Source: Ostrea edulis
Taxonomy: Eukaryota
Reading direction: 5' to 3'
Assembly: GCF_947568905.1 (NCBI RefSeq)
Contig: NC_079168.1
Span: 17,174,001-17,238,000, forward strand
Length of the DNA stretch: 64,000 nt
In this document: one piece after another, positions 22,216-34,900 of the stretch
Layout of the letters: each line of letters starts with the position of its first letter
How positions within the stretch are numbered: position 1 is the first letter of the stretch
Translations under genes and position numbers: made by a program
The notes under the pieces: model-generated
Database searches by the model: none
The model's input: only the letters and a program-made list of their open reading frames with translations
Told to the model about the DNA's origin: nothing

Positions 22216-25200
22216 GAACATGACCCACAATATGCCATTTTTGGCCTACCAAATTTGGAAAAATTAAAGAACACTTCAGAATAAATCAAAGATGATATTT
22301 TTTATCCATAACATGAGCCAAGTTGTATTGCGCAACCGTTTCCTCACACCGGATGTTTAAAGCACTCAAGTAAATGCCCAAACCTACCGCGGTTTGACGT
22401 TTTCCGGGAAAATCGCATAAATTTGCCAACTTCAATCTATAAATTCACATGGGCCGCATTACTCACGACTCAATTTTGTAAACTAAAATTAAAATGCAAA
22501 GTTAGATTAACACTTTCCATTAAAAAAATTAACTCGTAATCAATGCGGCCACGTCGAAAAAAAAATAATAAAACAAAATTTGCGACGTCAAAAGTGTCGT
22601 CTGGAAACGTCAAATTCCACAGAAGAAGTCATACATCTAACGCAGTTGATACGACTTAAAAAGAAAAATCAAAGAGGTGAGTTTTCATGTTGTTAATATT
22701 TATTAAATATATAAAAATCAATATCTAAGCGAGTAAATATGATAGTCATGTATTGGTTTACATGGTAAAAAGGTACATCTGTACAAGGGGAGGGGGTGTT
22801 AGACCTATCGTGTAAACTTACCTGTATGTTGCATGTAATATATGATATATGTATGCTTGTTCGTTTGATTCCGATGTCCGTTCCGGTGGTTTTAAATGTA
22901 CCGATTTCCTTACCTTTTGTTACATAAATTCTATTGTTTGAAACAGAATAAATGTCCGAATCAAACGTACAGTACAAACATATACGGTATAGCCCGGCCT
23001 ATACCCCAGCGTACATTTCAATTAGGCCTACATAGGTCCAGCATGTATGCAGTATTACGCAGAGATGTGCGATATATTTACAGACAGCATGTTCTATATT
23101 GTATGAATTTGTCCATCGGTTGACACAATTTTACAAATCTTGTACTTTTATACAGTTCTCAGTTTCAATACGATATGAAGTCTGCCAACGTCATAAATTA
23201 ACAAAAGTCCGGATATTGCTGGGATTACGGCATAATTGACACACGACTGTTAGCTTTATCTATTTTATATTAGTGCTTCAGAAATTTAACCGTACGATAT
23301 TCATGTATACAGCTGAAAAACCCGGCGAATTTTCTTTGTTTTGTTTTTGTATTTGAACTATTTAAATCTGTAAATTCATAAGTCCCGTGTATATGCTTTG
23401 GTTAAAACCTATAAGAACACACAAAAAGATTGTTTTTAATTAAATCAGTCACTTTAAATACATATCAAAATATATCTTGTTGAATAATATTTAACATAAC
23501 TTGCGTTGAAATGTAGAGCATTCACATATAGTTGTTTACTTTTTTCGATTGAAGGGCAATAAATCTAAAAGGAAAAACTGACTGGTGGTGGATCCAAGTT
23601 TCTTTTTCGTTTCGTTATACATTATATATATATCAAACGTTTTAAATGATTTTTTAATATTTATTTTGTGCTATAGACAAGATTAATGTTGAAAAGATAT
23701 GTTATAAATGTTCAAACAAAATTAAATTTAAAAAAAAAGGTGAAACAGCAAAATTTAGCACCCCCCCCCCTCACAGGAAAATGAATCACAACACAATTCT
23801 ATTGATCATTTTCCTATTATCTATATTATTTCATTTATGGAGATGTGGTAATTTTGCAGCAGTTTTCCTTTAGGATTAGGAAAAGATTTATTTTTTCTTT
23901 AAATAAGGGAATGTTAAATTAATACATCGTTGTAAACCCCATATCCCCTCTATATTTCCCACTGACATAATCAACAAAACATTTGAAGATACACATTTTC
24001 AGTTAGTGAAAAAAAAAAATATCAAAGGTTTTAAATACAAATTAATTGATTTAGAATTAGATTTTAGGAAAATAACCTATCAATAAGTTTTAACATGAAG
24101 ACAAGATTTTCATCCAACCAAAATTGTATTTCAATTATTTGAAATAAATATTTCAGATATGCCAGGGAGTGGCCCCAAACATTTCCTCTGTTTCAACTGT
24201 CCACGGAGAGTAAAATCAAATCACAGGTTCAGGATTTCAGATAAATATAGGACAGTGATCACCACCCTCACAGGGAGGAGACCTTCTGAGCATGATTGTT
24301 TGTACAATAGATGCCAGTGTATGTGTTACTCCCGTATTAAACAGAAGAAGATTAAGCCGGTTAGGACACAGGTTCAAGACAGCCCAGCACCATCATCAGC
24401 AGTAGCAGCTATTCTAATTAGTCCTCCTTCTGTATCACTCCCATTCCCATGTACATCAAGAGGGCACGCTTCATGTTGTATCTGTAAGCGACCAGGTCCA
24501 AAGCTAGTTGTAGTACCCTTAGGAGTAAGACATCAAATCTTCATTTCTAAAGAGGTTATCATTCCTGCCGGGGCTCGCTGCTGTCCAAAGCATCTACAAC
24601 AAGACATAAAAGAACTTGAACCTATTGCTGACAACACCATGTTCAACAAAACAGGAGTGGCAAAATTAATCAAGTTTTTGAGATCTGAAGTTTTGAAAAA
24701 AGAAAAAATAAGGTTGGATTTTGACAGCAGTGTAAGTCTAACGGACAGTGAGTACCAGAATCTCCTAGGAATCCCTAAAGCTGCGTTTGAGGACTTGCTG
24801 ACATATGTTGAGGGAAAAGTCAAGGTAACTCCAGTGAGAACTATCAGAACGAGTTTGGCCATTTTCCTGATGAAGCTCAGAGGTGGAAAATCCAACTGTA
24901 TCCTCTCAACATTGTTTAGGATATCCAAATCCAGCATTTACAGAGCAGTAAAGACAATTCGCACAACGTTAATGAATGGTGGATTTGTCACTGGGAATCT
25001 TGGTTTTGGCCATGTGACAAGAGAGAAGATAATTCAAGAACACACTCGACCTTTAGCCCAATCCATATTTGGTGATGCATTGTCCCAACAGGCAATACTT
25101 GTCCTTGATGGAACTTACATTTATATCAATAAAAGCGGAAATTTTAAGTTTCAACGACAGTCTTTTAGCCTTCACAAAGGGAGACCACTTGTGAAGCCAA

Positions 25201-28200
25201 TGATTATTGTATCGACAACAGGCTACTTCATTTCTGTTTTGGGCCCCTACTTAGCTCGCAACAATGACGCTACCATTTTGAACCATATAATGCGCAGCAA
25301 TATCGAGGACATACGGAGCTGGGTCAACGAGAATGATATCTTTGTGGTTGACCGTGGATTTAGGGATTCTTTGGATTACCTCCAAGAGATGGGAATTTGT
25401 GCCAAAATGCCTACATTCTTAAGAAAAGGAGAAAAGCAAATGTCAACTGAAAATGCTAACACCAGTCGATTAGTGAGTAAGGTAATGCCAGATAAAATAC
25501 TTTTCAGTTTACATATTTGTTAAAATTTTGATTCATTTAAAGATTTTTTAAAAATCCTCAAAAATGTATTGATTTCTAAGACTATCTGAAACTTTTCTAT
25601 ACTTACACAGATTCGATGGGTTGTGGAGTCAGCAAATGCTAGGATTAAACAATGGCGGTATTTAGTGCACATCCTACCATCAAGTCAAATACCTTACATC
25701 GGTGATTTTGTGAGGATTGCATGTGCCATATGCAACAGGTTAGCAGCATTTTACAAAATTGAGTAAGAGACTAAGAATTCATGATCAGTTTTGGAATTCC
25801 TAGACAAAATGAATTCAGTTCATTTTGAGAAAATGAAATATGTATAAATTCATATAGATCTATACATCAATTCATGATCACTTTAGGAATTCCTAGACAA
25901 AAAATAAATTCAGTTCATTTTGAGAAAATGAATGATGTATAAATGCATAATTATAGATCTATACATCAATTTCATAATGTTGACTATAAGAATTTCAGAA
26001 TATCAATAACTATCATTAAATATATGATTGTTGCAATATCCATAATTTCCTTAATCATGAAATATCTTATAATTTTCAGGTACTTAAAACCACTTGTCTG
26101 TGGTGCCACCGAGGAGGACCAAGCCCTGGGAGCTAAAATGGTGTACCTCTCCAAGCAAGTGAATTATCTCCAGCACCATGTGGAAGAAAACAAGCTTGAT
26201 CGGCGTACAGTTTGCTGGAGGGAAGTAGATGACCTGACTGACTTCCCCTGCCTGGATGAGGAACAGCTCCGACTTCTCACTTGTGGTACCTATCAGTTGC
26301 GTATATCACCGTCATACGCTCAGGAGCATGTTGAGGGGGACTGCAGCATCCAAGTTCACAGGGAGGATCCAGGTCTTCTACGCATAAAGCTACAAAGCAG
26401 GCATGTCTCATCAAGGACCTACTTATTGTGGATACAGTACGATATAGGTGAAATAAAAGCTTGGTACTGTAAGTGCAGAGCTGGTGCACGTGTTGTAGGG
26501 ATGTGTTCTCATGTCGCTGCTGTCCTGTGGTATCTAGGGTATGCTCGCCATCACAGGGAAGAAAGAATGGGAGTTCGAAACTGGGGGGAGTTTGTCGATG
26601 ATGCCACACTAATTGATGATTCTGATAGTTCCAACAACGGTGATGAAAGTGGACCAGAGGAGTAACATTTTCAATTTAAGTATTGTGTGTAATACTGTAT
26701 ATGTATTATCTGTACCACTGCATTTGTATAATTCACATGATTTAAACTCAAGTAGTTCTTCAGTAATTAAAAATTATGTTTGTTAATTACAAATACATCA
26801 ACTCATAGCATGCACACAATGATTTTTAACATGTAGTTTTATTCCTAGAAATCTGTAGAATATGGAAACTTGTGCTAGACAATAGATTTATAACCTTTCT
26901 TTACCAGTGATGCATTTGTTGACAATGAACAGGGTATTTGATTTTAGCAGAATAAATACTTATTATATAATATTACTATTATGATACTTAACTGGTACAT
27001 GAACAAACATGATTTCTAAGTGTTATTTTCTGTATAGATCTACATGGTACTTCTATTGTTGGGAAGATTCATCTAAATATTATGCAACAGGAAAATATAT
27101 TTTATAAAAGCAACACCTGTAAATACAGTAATATGTGTTTTAGCAGTGTTTTGTCTGTCTTAATGTTCACTTGTAAGTTGTACATATGTATTACTCTTGA
27201 TTTTGAGTCAATCCTGAGGACACTTTGATTGTTTATTATTCAAACTGTTATGAAAATATACCAATTTAGATTATTTCTCATTCTGTAGCATTTACAAGCA
27301 TGTATATACACATGTAAAATGCAATATATTATAATCCAAACATTTAAAAACTACAGAGATTTAGGATGTCAAAGATGTATATATATTCTATTTCAAATAT
27401 GTATCTAAATCTAATTTTGTGAAATTGATTTTTAAAAAAAATCTATGTTAATGATTTTTAGACCACATAATTTACGTTCTGTCAGTCAAAAATGTACAGT
27501 ATTGCATAAACACATAAAATGTTGATTAAAATACGTCAGTATCTTTAGATGATTAATACGTATAGGAATATACAATTATTGATAAAGATATATACAGTAA
27601 GATTTTGTACAGTATCATTTTTCATATCGTATTTCAGAATCAAATAATAATATACTCATTTTGACCCCCTATATCGGTGTTGTGTTATTATTTATGCTAT
27701 GAAATCTACATGTGCATGTAAAGAAAAAGAACATTTGAAACTTACTATTAGGTGACTACAGGACTTTTCCTTTAATCAGGTTTCACAGCAAATGCTTGTT
27801 GAACGTGTAATTCCGAGTAAATTCGAATTGAACATGTTTTGACGAGACGCGGTGTCAACTTATTTCGTTACCATTGATATCGATACTCGGTCGTTTTAAT
27901 ACCAAACCAAAAAAAAAAACCCCACAAAAAACTATGGAATATGATATGAAACAGAATTGTTCCAATGATTCACTTCTTTCACCATGTAAATAGACTACAT
28001 ACTACATGTATATTTATTCTTCTTCTTATTTCAGTATTTTAAAATTCAAGTAAAAATAATCTAAAAGTAAAGTTGAACAATCACGGCTTTGAACATCATT
28101 TCCAAAATATTCCTTATTTCTATTTCCCAAATTTGGTCAAAAATGCTTATAATGATAATTGAATCAGCCATTCTAGCTATTTGAGCGCATATAACTTGAT

Positions 28201-28450
28201 ATAATTAGAAATTTATAGGTTCATGTACATTGTACATGGTATTGGAGGTTTATTGTTGTGACGCGTATCCCAAAATGTTAATTTTTTAACATTAAATACC
28301 ACAATAGTCAACGTCATATTAACAAAAAAGTATAGAATATATGAAAAAAAGAAAAGCATTTCTAGAAAGCCTATATCCCTAAGATTATTATTTACAGAAA
28401 TTATCAATATCCCAGGCTAGGCCATTTTTCATGGTTCGTGGGTCATGTTC
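22216..28450 (+). mobile_element. Spy-like (PHIS group) DNA transposon, 6235 bp, no TSD
   Basis: Perfect 13-bp TIR GAACATGACCCAC (22216-22228 / 28438-28450) plus subterminal TGGCCTA. Flanks are AAA (22213-15) and TTT (28451-53); excision restores L2 codons AAG AAA TTT GAC (KKFD). Confidence 0.85.
24159..26665 (+). CDS. Spliced DDE_Tnp_4-type transposase with N-terminal Cys/His (THAP-like) clusters, HTH and C-terminal SWIM finger, 678 aa
   Basis: Exons 24159-25481, 25611-25738 and 26080-26665 join in frame through GT-AG introns. Catalytic VLDGTY, VVDRGF, RWVVES; [21 protein letters not shown]. Confidence 0.88.
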
Positions 28451-29889
28451 TTTGACAGCTCTAGGGATGCTCTCATTGACCTACATTGGTTACCTATCGA
28501 TTCTAGAATATCATTTAAATTATTGACCTTCATGTATAAGTGTCATGTGGGCGAAGCGCCATTGTATTTAACAGAACTTTTAACGAAACAGGTACCAAAT
28601 AAAAAGTTGCGCTGCGCTCAATCTTCTGAGAGTTGCTACATTGTTCCTTTTAACAGACGTAAAACTTTCAGTGATAGAAGTTTCGGAACCATTGGTCCGA
28701 GACTGTGGAACAGTTTACCGGCTGAAATAAGACAGTCCAAATCTTTACACACCTTTAAAGCCAAATTGAAAACACCTTTGTTTAGACAGTTTTAATGTAC
28801 ATGTTTTTAGTTTAGTATATGTAGAGTGTGTTTGCATGTATGTGATGTATTGTGTATTCTTTTAAAGCTTTTTATATTATACATGTCTAACGCCATTGAA
28901 TACTTTGGGTAAAATTAGGCGTTAAATCAAATAAAAACAGTTTCAGTTTCATTTCGCAAATTCTATGGTCGTTATAACGATCTAGTTCGTCAATACAACC
29001 TCGCATTGGGTCAAATGCTGTCTGACGTGTTTCATACCGATTGTCAAGTCGTTCTTGGCACACTGATTTTGACTGCGGATAATTCCGTTTACCTGATCAA
29101 GATATAGGGCTCACGGCGGGTGTGACCGGTCAACAGGGGAGGCTTACTCCTCCTAGGCACCTGATCCCACCTCTGGTGTGTCCAGGGGTCCGTGTTTGCC
29201 CAACTATCTATTTTGTATTGCTTATAGGAGTTATGAGATTGATCACTGTTCGTTATCTTCACCCTGCATGTACATAAAATTTGGACATCCCATACTTAAG
29301 GTTTGGTGAAAATATCCCCAGTAGATAAAAAAAAATGCAAACGGATAGACAAATCAAATGATAAAAATACGCTCATTTCATTCTTTAAATAGCTCAGGCG
29401 AGCTAAACATTTCACCTTGATACACAAAATATAATCCACTGTAACAATCTTCATGACTGAAATCAGAAGGTGGCCAAAGGTCATCAAGTTTAATTTCACT
29501 GCAATGTATTTATTGTAAACTAGGTTCATATCACATTCTCGTACTTGGGGGAAAATCTAGGGAATACAGATATATAACAGTGAATTATCATTTTCAGAAT
29601 TAGGTTATATTTTTTGCTTAGAAATGATGACATGTAAATGATCAATAATGACTTGCTCAATATTCGTTTTCCTTTGGTAGTGTACAATATACATTGTTTG
29701 CATTGTACTTTCACTTTTATGTGAGACTAGTTTTATAGCGTTATATAGTAAACTGTGTAGAAAATAGGGTGACCGGGGACAATACTAAAATGGGGTGACC
29801 CTGGGTCCTACTTGAGGGCACGAATTATTCTTCTACTCCTCATAGTGCCTTCTGTGCGAATGCCATTTGAGCTCATTTTCGTAGCTAAA

Positions 29890-31075
29890 AAAAAATAACG
29901 CGAAACTTTCGCGAATAAACACGTAGCTTTCGCGTTTTAACCGAAACTTTTGCGAATTATCTCGTAACTTTCCCGTTATAATGCGAAACTTTCACGAATT
30001 ATATAACGCGTAACTTTTGTGAATAAACGTATAACTTTCCGTTATATTGCGAAACTGTTACGTTTTAAAGCGTATAGGCTTTGCTTATAAACACGAATTT
30101 TTATGGTTTGAATTCGCTCAATATTAAATGAACTAGTATGAAATAATTCGTTCATTACAATGAAGGAAAATAACGATAGACTTGTCCAGCTGTACTTTGT
30201 TATTTAATTTTGTAAATGCAAATATCTCTTGATAAATAATTTGACTGCTTTAAATAACATCATGTTATTGACCTTTGATTCTGTTGTACATATTTTGAGT
30301 TATTAATTGTCATAATATTATAGGAGAGGCCTCACTAGACAATACTGTATGTTAAAATCAAACCAATGACAAAATTATAAAACAGTAAGAGTTGGTTACA
30401 AAGGTTGCTTTGAGAATTATATGGGTTTTTTCCAAAAGACGACAGATAAGGGACATAACCCTTGAAAATTGTGGATTCACCTCAATCGTAACAACTCGGC
30501 CATTTCCGTAACCGACAAATTTGTCGGTTACGGAAATGGCCGAGTTGTTACGATTGGATTCACCTATTACCGGAAGAACTTAGGTCAACAAATGCTTTCT
30601 AGAGACATTCTGAGGGGTTTTTCATGTTATCAAATGAAATAAAAGCAAATGTAGATTAAGCATTGTCAACCCCATTACATAATATAAATTCAGAGATTTA
30701 GTGGTTGATAATCTAATAATTCTTTGAAATTCTTTGACATTTTTAAAAAGCTAAGGCTTGGTTTTTAATGGACGAACTTTATACCCCCGTATTAAAAGCT
30801 TATTGTTAGTTAAGCTACATTGGTATTAATCAATTATAAATTTATATGACTTCTACTTTGCATTCAATAAAACTTTAATAGCATATATGCAAAAAGCGTG
30901 AATGCGTAAACGTCAGTCTTGGTTCCTTTTACTAATCACGAGTTCCTGTTCTACATTTATAACTAGATTTGTATAGAATAGTTCGCGTTAAATATGTAAA
31001 GCGAAAAATATGTACGCGTTTATTCGCGAATGTTTCGCATTAATTCAAAAGTTACGCATTAATTCGCGAATTAAT
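29890..31075. mobile_element. MITE-like region with inverted arms built from CGCGAAACTTTCGCGAAT-type subrepeats
   Basis: Degenerate ~20-bp tandem units at 29895-30070 and inverted related units at 31000-31075; exact ends not resolved. Confidence 0.45.
30483..30556. mobile_element. 74-bp perfect palindromic mini-element with 9-bp TSD
   Basis: 37-bp arms, no spacer, termini CAATC..GATTG; TSD GATTCACCT at 30474-30482 and 30557-30565; an uninterrupted paralogous site exists at ~17130-17220 (reverse). Confidence 0.9.
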
Positions 31076-31933
31076 CAAAACAAATGGTTAATGGTTAAAA
31101 ATTGTCCCCACTCAGCTTGCCTGAACTGCGTACAAAGAATACATTGCCGTACGAACTAGTAAATATTTTAAACTTCCGCTTTCATTTTCAAATTACAAGT
31201 GTAAACATGTATTGCATCGAATCTAGAAGATCATATTCTGTACATGATTATGAATCCTAAGGTAAACCGTCAATGATTTGTGGAATTTTTTTTTTATTAA
31301 TTTCGTTATTTTAAACGCACGTGCATTTCAATGCTGCGTTTTATCTTCTGCTGAGCGGGGCGCCAATTTGTGACAAGATCAAACGTATCCTGATGAATGC
31401 TTATACCTGTGCAGTTGAGTTTAAGTACATTCAGACAGCTGTAGATTATGTGCATGGGGTAGAAAGCGAAGTGGGGTGAAATATATATACATTTTTAAAA
31501 TATGTGAAGTCTTTCATCAGTATGGACACTTTCAGGTGCATTTGTGTCTTAACAACACGTCTTGTTTTATACCACTGCTGAATATTAGAATTTAGCTTAA
31601 ATATATGCAGAACATGAACGTTTTTATAGATATTGTAGTCCTTGGGGCTAGTGATACCTTTCACTAATACTCAGGTGACCAATATTGGGCCTGTTGTAAT
31701 CAATAAATGACAGTTTGTTGAAAACAGAGAATATTGTGCATTTAATAGTGTTGAGCATTTTTTGAAAACTAAAATTTTGATAAAAGAACTTTTAAAAATC
31801 AATGTTTACAACAATTAACTCTCAATCAATTCTATGATTTTGTATTTTGTTTTGCAGATTTTGATGGTAATGCATTAAATTTTTGGATAAATGTAAAGTA
31901 CAGAGGGAAAAGATTCTGTTTCTTTGATACAGC

Positions 31934-34900
31934 ATGGTATCTAAAGCATCTGAATACAGGCGAGAATACCGCCCAGCTTCTCTAGTTAAAAACATTCCTA
32001 CGTATTACGAGTCACTAACGTATCGTCACCATCGCCGTGAGCTTGAGTACGCTCACACACCCATTTCTTGGTTATCAGATTTGGATGATAAAACAGAGGC
32101 ACCAGATGAAGAAGATATACCTGTTGTAAACCTGAAAATAGATGAGAAAGATGAAAAAAGGGATATGGAAAAAGAAGAGGGGATGAAAAATGAAGAGGAT
32201 GAGGAGATTAATGACACTGAAGAGGAATTGGAAGAAGAGGAAATAAAAAAAGAAAAATCTGTGAATTATGATGAACAGAAAAAACCGGTTGGAGCACAAG
32301 AAAAATCAGATGTTTTGATTGAAAGGCAAACATCAGAGAGTAGGGAACTTACAAAACTAGCTAAGAATAAGCTGAAGAAATATAGCTGTACTGAGAATAA
32401 AAACAATGGCAGAATAAAGCCATCTCAAGACAAATACGAAATCAAAGGTAGGGATGTTGTCCTTTTAAATAAGGAATATATTCACTGTTTTGCATTGCAC
32501 TGAATTCAAATGACAGAATATATAATCTGATTGGAATTCGTTAAGATTTGGTGTCTTTCTTCAATGTAAGGTTTTTATATTATGAGACCTTGGGAGAATG
32601 ATTATGTTTGTGGAAAGTTTCACAAAATATTTACACTTACCAATGTTTTGTCAGTAAAAACCTTTGCTGTTCATTGTATTTCATTTCTTGGTAAAAGCAC
32701 TGACCTTTCATGAAAAGCTGACATAAAAACCTAAAATATATGAGTTAAATTAGAAAATGCTAAAAGAGTGAATGTCTAGTTTGTGTGTATGATGTACTTC
32801 TTCATAATGATCTTTAGTAATTATACAAATTATCCCATGTTTTCATTGTTTTTATACTCAATAATACAAAGTCAATATTTTTACATTAAAAATAAAATAA
32901 ATGTCTGTAAAATTTGCAGGTGTACAATTTTCTGTTCACATTTAAATCATGTGATTATTATATGAATCTTTGATGTAGAAATATCACTCATTATTTTTTA
33001 GAGGAATTTCTAGCACCAAAAAACGTTGATGAGAAGATATTTGTTAAAAGACCAAGGCGTCCTGACAGAAGTAAACAGATCCTACCTCGTCCCAAAACAG
33101 CCTGCTCGTCCTCTCAACCACAGGAGTCTATGACGCGTCCTTTATCATCAGCGTCTCCGAGGCCCTCCTCCTCTGCTTCCTGTGATAAACCCCCTTTTGT
33201 ACTGTATGGCAGTGGTGACTCCGAACTCAAAACAGGGAACAAAAGAACTCACAATGTCCACTGTTCAACTGATGTAAGTTAAATAATGCTAGTTAATATT
33301 TTTGTCCAGATTATGAAGCAAAACTAGTTTATGAATGATGCTTTCTATCTAGCAGTCCACCAGTATATATCTTTTGCTTTGTTTGCAACCATGTGTATAT
33401 AGATCATTGTGTTTTTAAAAACACTTCTGGGAAGGGGAGACATAATTATCACAGGTTTGGGCCTCAAGACAGTCTGATAATTTTACATATAGAACAAACT
33501 AATTCTTCTGTTTCATATCATTCATTCAATGACAGTCAGTTTAGTAGGAACTATGGGCAGTGTAAAACATCTTTCTGGCCTGGAACATTTTCAATTCAAA
33601 TAATTATATGAAGTACTGCTGATATTGATACAGACACGGTGTTGGAAAAAGAAATTGATTTGAAATTTTAGTTGGATTACATAAATTAAATGTAAATCTT
33701 AGTTTCTGTACATTTCTGCGGCAAAGAAGTTCGGTCAAACATGAAATTTGTTGGAATTTCAATTATATTATTCAAAGATGATAGAATATTTTTTTTTACA
33801 TTTTTGTTGTCAGGACCATAACTTTAAGCATAGGCCATTGATATAAATTTGGTATGTGGGTAAACCATGATAAGACCACTTAAATATGATCCCTATTAAA
33901 AAAAAATTTTAAAAACTATGGAAAATGGAAGGGGAGACATCAGTTTTAGTATGCTAAAACAATTCTTTCTAGTTTTACATACAGATCAAATTGTATGTCG
34001 AGGCATATATTATTCAGCATACATATCCTTTACAGATACTAATCTATCAGTGCAAGTGCCATATTTTCTAATCATTGTTGTCTTCAAATCCACCTATTTT
34101 AAATTAGTGCTGACTCAAAATGGCTTCTTATATTCTCTCTGAGTATGGTGTATATAAGTGTGCAATAATTAAATCTTCAAAGTACTATATCATTGATTTT
34201 TATTACTATTCATTAAGCAGCTATAATTCAGCTTGTGTTCATAGTTTTCTATTCTTGGCTCTACGTGTCTTGTTATCTGATGCTTGTTTAACACCAATCT
34301 AATTAGAATAAGATCTTCCCTCCGCTACCCAGTTTTCGATATCGAAAACTGGGGAGCAGATGGAAGATCTAATTTTAATTAAATTGGTTTAACACCAGAC
34401 TTGAGTAAAACAAAGCATTTGTTAAAGAGAGAAAAAAATGATTTTTATATGAGATCTTCACAAATTTTAGTGGTGTTGTGACTATTATCTCATTATTTTA
34501 CATGATTTCAATTTTTATAGGTCTTGGAATTTTAAAAATCCTTGAATTTGATTTTTGGTCTTAATGAACATCATGGAAAACATTAGGTGCTGCTAAAGGT
34601 GGCTCACTACACCCAGAAATAGTTTCACAAATCAGTACGAATTGATTTAATCATAAAAGATATGATGATATACCATAAGTCTATATGCCAAAAAGGCAAA
34701 AAATATACAAATTTGGTTAAAAACATGATTTTCAAACAAAAATGATTTCAACACATATGAGCAAAAGACTCTTGGGGATTTGAACTCGAGATCTGCAGTT
34801 CACCAGTCCAATGCTTTAACCACTGAGCTACAATGATAGACAAACAAATCGATCGATACAAATAATTTCACAAAACATTTAAATCGCCATCTTGTGACGT

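Larger units (their letters stand above)
21301..28949 (+). mobile_element. 5'-truncated L2-clade LINE (21301-22215 plus 28451-28949), split by the Spy-like transposon
   Basis: NQFAYRR, AID.SAVFDTVDH, GVPQGSCLGP, GFADDH, SLVISHLDYCN, then after the insertion FDSSRDALIDLHWLPI, GPRLWNSLP, FKAKLKT; (CAGTTT)n tail. Confidence 0.88.
21021..29268 (+). mobile_element. Naiad 3' portion split into 21021-21300 and 28959-29268 by an L2 insertion
   Basis: RLKSAFR ends at 21300 and KFYGRYNDLV resumes at 28959; 9-bp TSD CATTTCGCA at 21292-21300 and 28950-28958. Confidence 0.88.

Noticed and set aside
24533-26609. Second gene antisense to the transposase (24533-24937, 26277-26609)
   Set aside because: Shadow ORFs with no recognisable domain; the same applies to 32075-32299 and 44063-44509.
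32075-32260. Acidic E/D/K tract in CCSAP as a novel domain
   Set aside because: Low-complexity linker between conserved blocks; vertebrate CCSAP also has a variable low-complexity middle, as I recall.
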